64,000 nucleotides of DNA from Methanothermococcus sp. Ax23. Lineage in GTDB: Archaea; AGJL01; Methanococci; Methanococcales; Methanococcaceae. Under the pieces are notes generated by a model, which was not told the origin of the DNA, ran no database searches, and worked only from the letters and a program-made list of their open reading frames with translations. The translations under genes and the position numbers were made by a program. Location of the stretch: positions 1,088,001-1,152,000 of the forward strand of contig NZ_CP157522.1 in the NCBI RefSeq assembly GCF_049075655.1. Direction: 5' to 3'. Shown here piece after piece: positions 61,666-64,000 of this stretch (positions are counted from its first letter, which is position 1; every line of letters starts with the position of its first letter).

Positions 61666-63228
61666 ATGTGTTCAATAAATGGAATAATCGTAAAAGATGA
61701 CGACGATGACCCGAGTAGTTGTAAAAAGAAGATTTTAGAATATTTAATTAATGGAATGAAGATTTTAAAACATAGAGGTCCAGATGGCTCTGGATTAATG
61801 TTTGATGATGAAGTTATTTATTTTAAAGAGTTTAGTGATGTAAGGATACCAGTTAATAAATCCAACAGATTGGGTATAGGGCATAACAGACTGGCTATTG
61901 TAGGTCATGCAAGTCAGCCAATCCCAAACGAGGACGAAAGTATATGGACAATCTGCAACGGAGAAATTTATAATTACTATGAATTAATGGAAGATTTGCA
62001 AAATGACCATGGGATTAATACTGATACTGATACAGAGGTTATACTCCATACCTACGAAGATGATTTATTAAATGAGCTCGACGGAGATTATGCATACTGC
62101 CTGTATGATAAAAATAAAAACACGATAATGTTAAGAAGGGACATTTTTGGAGTAAAGCCGCTTTTTTATATAAATAGGGATAAATACTTTGCCTTTGCTT
62201 CTGAGAAAAAGGCATTATGGCATTTGCTGATGGAAATAGACGGAATGTCATTTGAAGAGGCATACAATTACCCAGTATCTCGTTTAAATCCAAACAGTCA
62301 GTTGATATATGACTTAAATGAAAATGAATATGAAGTGGAGGAGAATATCCAAAAAATTAGAGTGGATTATTTTGAAAATAACTACAATACAAACACGGAT
62401 TATGAAACCTGTAAAAAGGAACTTGAAGAAGCACTATGGGACTCAGTATCAAAGAGAACTAGGGGAATTGACAGGGTTGGAATTATCTATTCTGGCGGTG
62501 TTGATAGCACACTTATAGCAAAAATGGCGTCAGAGTATTGTGATGTAATACTATACACAGTAGGCACGGAAGAAAGTGAAGATATAGAATATGCTGAAAA
62601 AGCTTCAAAGGATATGGGTCTAAAATTCAGAAAAAAAATCATACCGCCAGAGGAATATGAGAAATACCTTTTAAATGTGGCTTATGCCATTGACGAAATA
62701 GATTTGATGAAACTTGCAGTGGGTATCCCAATATATGTTGCTTCTGAAATGGCTAAGGAAGATGGAATAAAAGTGGTATTATCAGGGCAGGGTGCAGATG
62801 AGTTATTCGGTGGATATAATAGATATGGAAGAATATTGGCTGAAAAAGGAGAGGAAGAACTTAAAAAATCACTACATAATGATGTAATGAATATCTATAA
62901 AGTAAACCTTGAAAGGGATGACCACTGCACAATGGCAAATGGTGTAGAGCTCAGGGTTCCATTTTTAGATAAAGATGTGGTTGAAGTGGGGCTGTCCTTA
63001 CCTATCGAATATAAACTAAATGATACCGAAAGAAAAATAATTTTAAGGGATGTTGCTTCAAATTATATTCCAGATTATATAGCTTATCGACCTAAAAAAG
63101 CGGCACAATATGGAAGCGGAAGCGAAAAAATGATATATGCCGTTGCAAGAAAATACGGATATTCAAAAAAGAAAATAAATGAATTCTTTGAAAATGTTTT
63201 AATGGAAAAGATAAGGAATATGCATTAA
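61666..63228 (+). CDS. asnB: Asparagine synthetase (glutamine-hydrolysing)
   Basis: N-terminal Cys, HRGPD, NGEIYN, SGGVDS, SGQGADELFGGY. Confidence 0.93.
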   Translation: MCSINGIIVKDDDDDPSSCKKKILEYLINGMKILKHRGPDGSGLMFDDEVIYFKEFSDVRIPVNKSNRLGIGHNRLAIVGHASQPIPNEDESIWTICNGEIYNYYELMEDLQNDHGINTDTDTEVILHTYEDDLLNELDGDYAYCLYDKNKNTIMLRRDIFGVKPLFYINRDKYFAFASEKKALWHLLMEIDGMSFEEAYNYPVSRLNPNSQLIYDLNENEYEVEENIQKIRVDYFENNYNTNTDYETCKKELEEALWDSVSKRTRGIDRVGIIYSGGVDSTLIAKMASEYCDVILYTVGTEESEDIEYAEKASKDMGLKFRKKIIPPEEYEKYLLNVAYAIDEIDLMKLAVGIPIYVASEMAKEDGIKVVLSGQGADELFGGYNRYGRILAEKGEEELKKSLHNDVMNIYKVNLERDDHCTMANGVELRVPFLDKDVVEVGLSLPIEYKLNDTERKIILRDVASNYIPDYIAYRPKKAAQYGSGSEKMIYAVARKYGYSKKKINEFFENVLMEKIRNMH

Positions 63229-63266
63229 TTTAATTTTTAATTTATTTTATAATATATTCATTCATA

Positions 63267-64000
63267 TTACCATCCAATATCTATTAATTTCCCATCATAA
63301 ACAATAACTGCATCCCCTTTCATATAAACTCCATCTTCTTTAATTTCAATTTCCAAATCTCCACCATCTAAATGTGCTAAAACCTTACTTCCTGTTTTTC
63401 CAAGTTTATGGGCAATAATTACTGAGCTCGTTGTTCCAGTTCCACATGCTGTTGTATAACCTGCCCCTCTTTCCCATGTAAGTATTTTTATTTCTTCTGG
63501 ACTTATAACCTCTATAAAATGGACATTTATTCTTTCTGGGAATACTTCGTGGTTTTCTATCTCTTTACCTAAAATATTTAAGTTATCTCTTGCAAAATCC
63601 ATAGTAATATCGTTATCTTCAACAAATATCACAGCGTGGGGATTCCCAACATTTACAACGCTTAATTTAATTTCATCCATCAAATCATTATTTAATTTAA
63701 CACTTTCATTTAAAAATTCATCCTCTTTGGACTTCCCTTCTATCTTCATAGGTATGTCTTTTAGTTTAAATTTCGGAGCTCCCATATATACTTTAACTGT
63801 TTTTACAATATCGTTTTCTATCTCCATCTCAGAAACTCTTAAACCGCCCTTTGTTTCTACATTCAAGGGATTCTTTTTTAATATCCTCTCATAAACATAC
63901 TTGGAGAAGCACCTTATTCCATTTCCACACATTTCAGCTTCTGACCCATCACTGTTGAATATCCTAAACCTCACATCGTATTTATCATCGGTTGGTTTTT
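63267..64000 (-). CDS. dapF: Diaminopimelate epimerase (5' end outside window)
   Basis: NSDGSEAEMCGNG, VGNPH, ERGAGYTTACGTG. Confidence 0.94.
   Translation of the reverse strand, partial: KPTDDKYDVRFRIFNSDGSEAEMCGNGIRCFSKYVYERILKKNPLNVETKGGLRVSEMEIENDIVKTVKVYMGAPKFKLKDIPMKIEGKSKEDEFLNESVKLNNDLMDEIKLSVVNVGNPHAVIFVEDNDITMDFARDNLNILGKEIENHEVFPERINVHFIEVISPEEIKILTWERGAGYTTACGTGTTSSVIIAHKLGKTGSKVLAHLDGGDLEIEIKEDGVYMKGDAVIVYDGKLIDIGW

Overview
AT-rich (roughly 30% GC by eye) archaeal chromosome segment. Gene content points to a Methanococcales methanogen, probably Methanothermococcus/Methanococcus-like (inference). Core content: an oxidative-stress cluster (rubredoxins, peroxiredoxin, rubrerythrin, HdrC, FprA, Isf, AfpA, SufCB); ribosomal protein genes; an fmdE-fmdC/D-fmdB operon whose fmdB has an in-frame UGA (selenocysteine) with a SECIS-like hairpin inside the CDS; tRNA-Sec; a C/D box sRNA; cofactor, amino-acid and translation genes; and cdhDE. 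The most striking signals are non-coding. (1) A family of 37-58 nt double-hairpin cassettes is inserted into genes (in frame in apparently intact genes, out of frame in broken ones) and repeatedly into IS200/IS605 elements. (2) An IS605/TnpB element has three non-autonomous ~375 bp derivatives that keep a TATA box, a covarying stem otherwise buried in mid-tnpB, and the omegaRNA scaffold, so they look like mobile guide-RNA genes. (3) The palindrome GAGCTC, often extended to CGGAGCTCCG, occurs about 75 times by manual count, far above expectation. (4) A young IS1595 element has TIRs, an 8-bp TSD and a frameshifted transposase. All calls come from reading the sequence; no database searches or folding programs were run.
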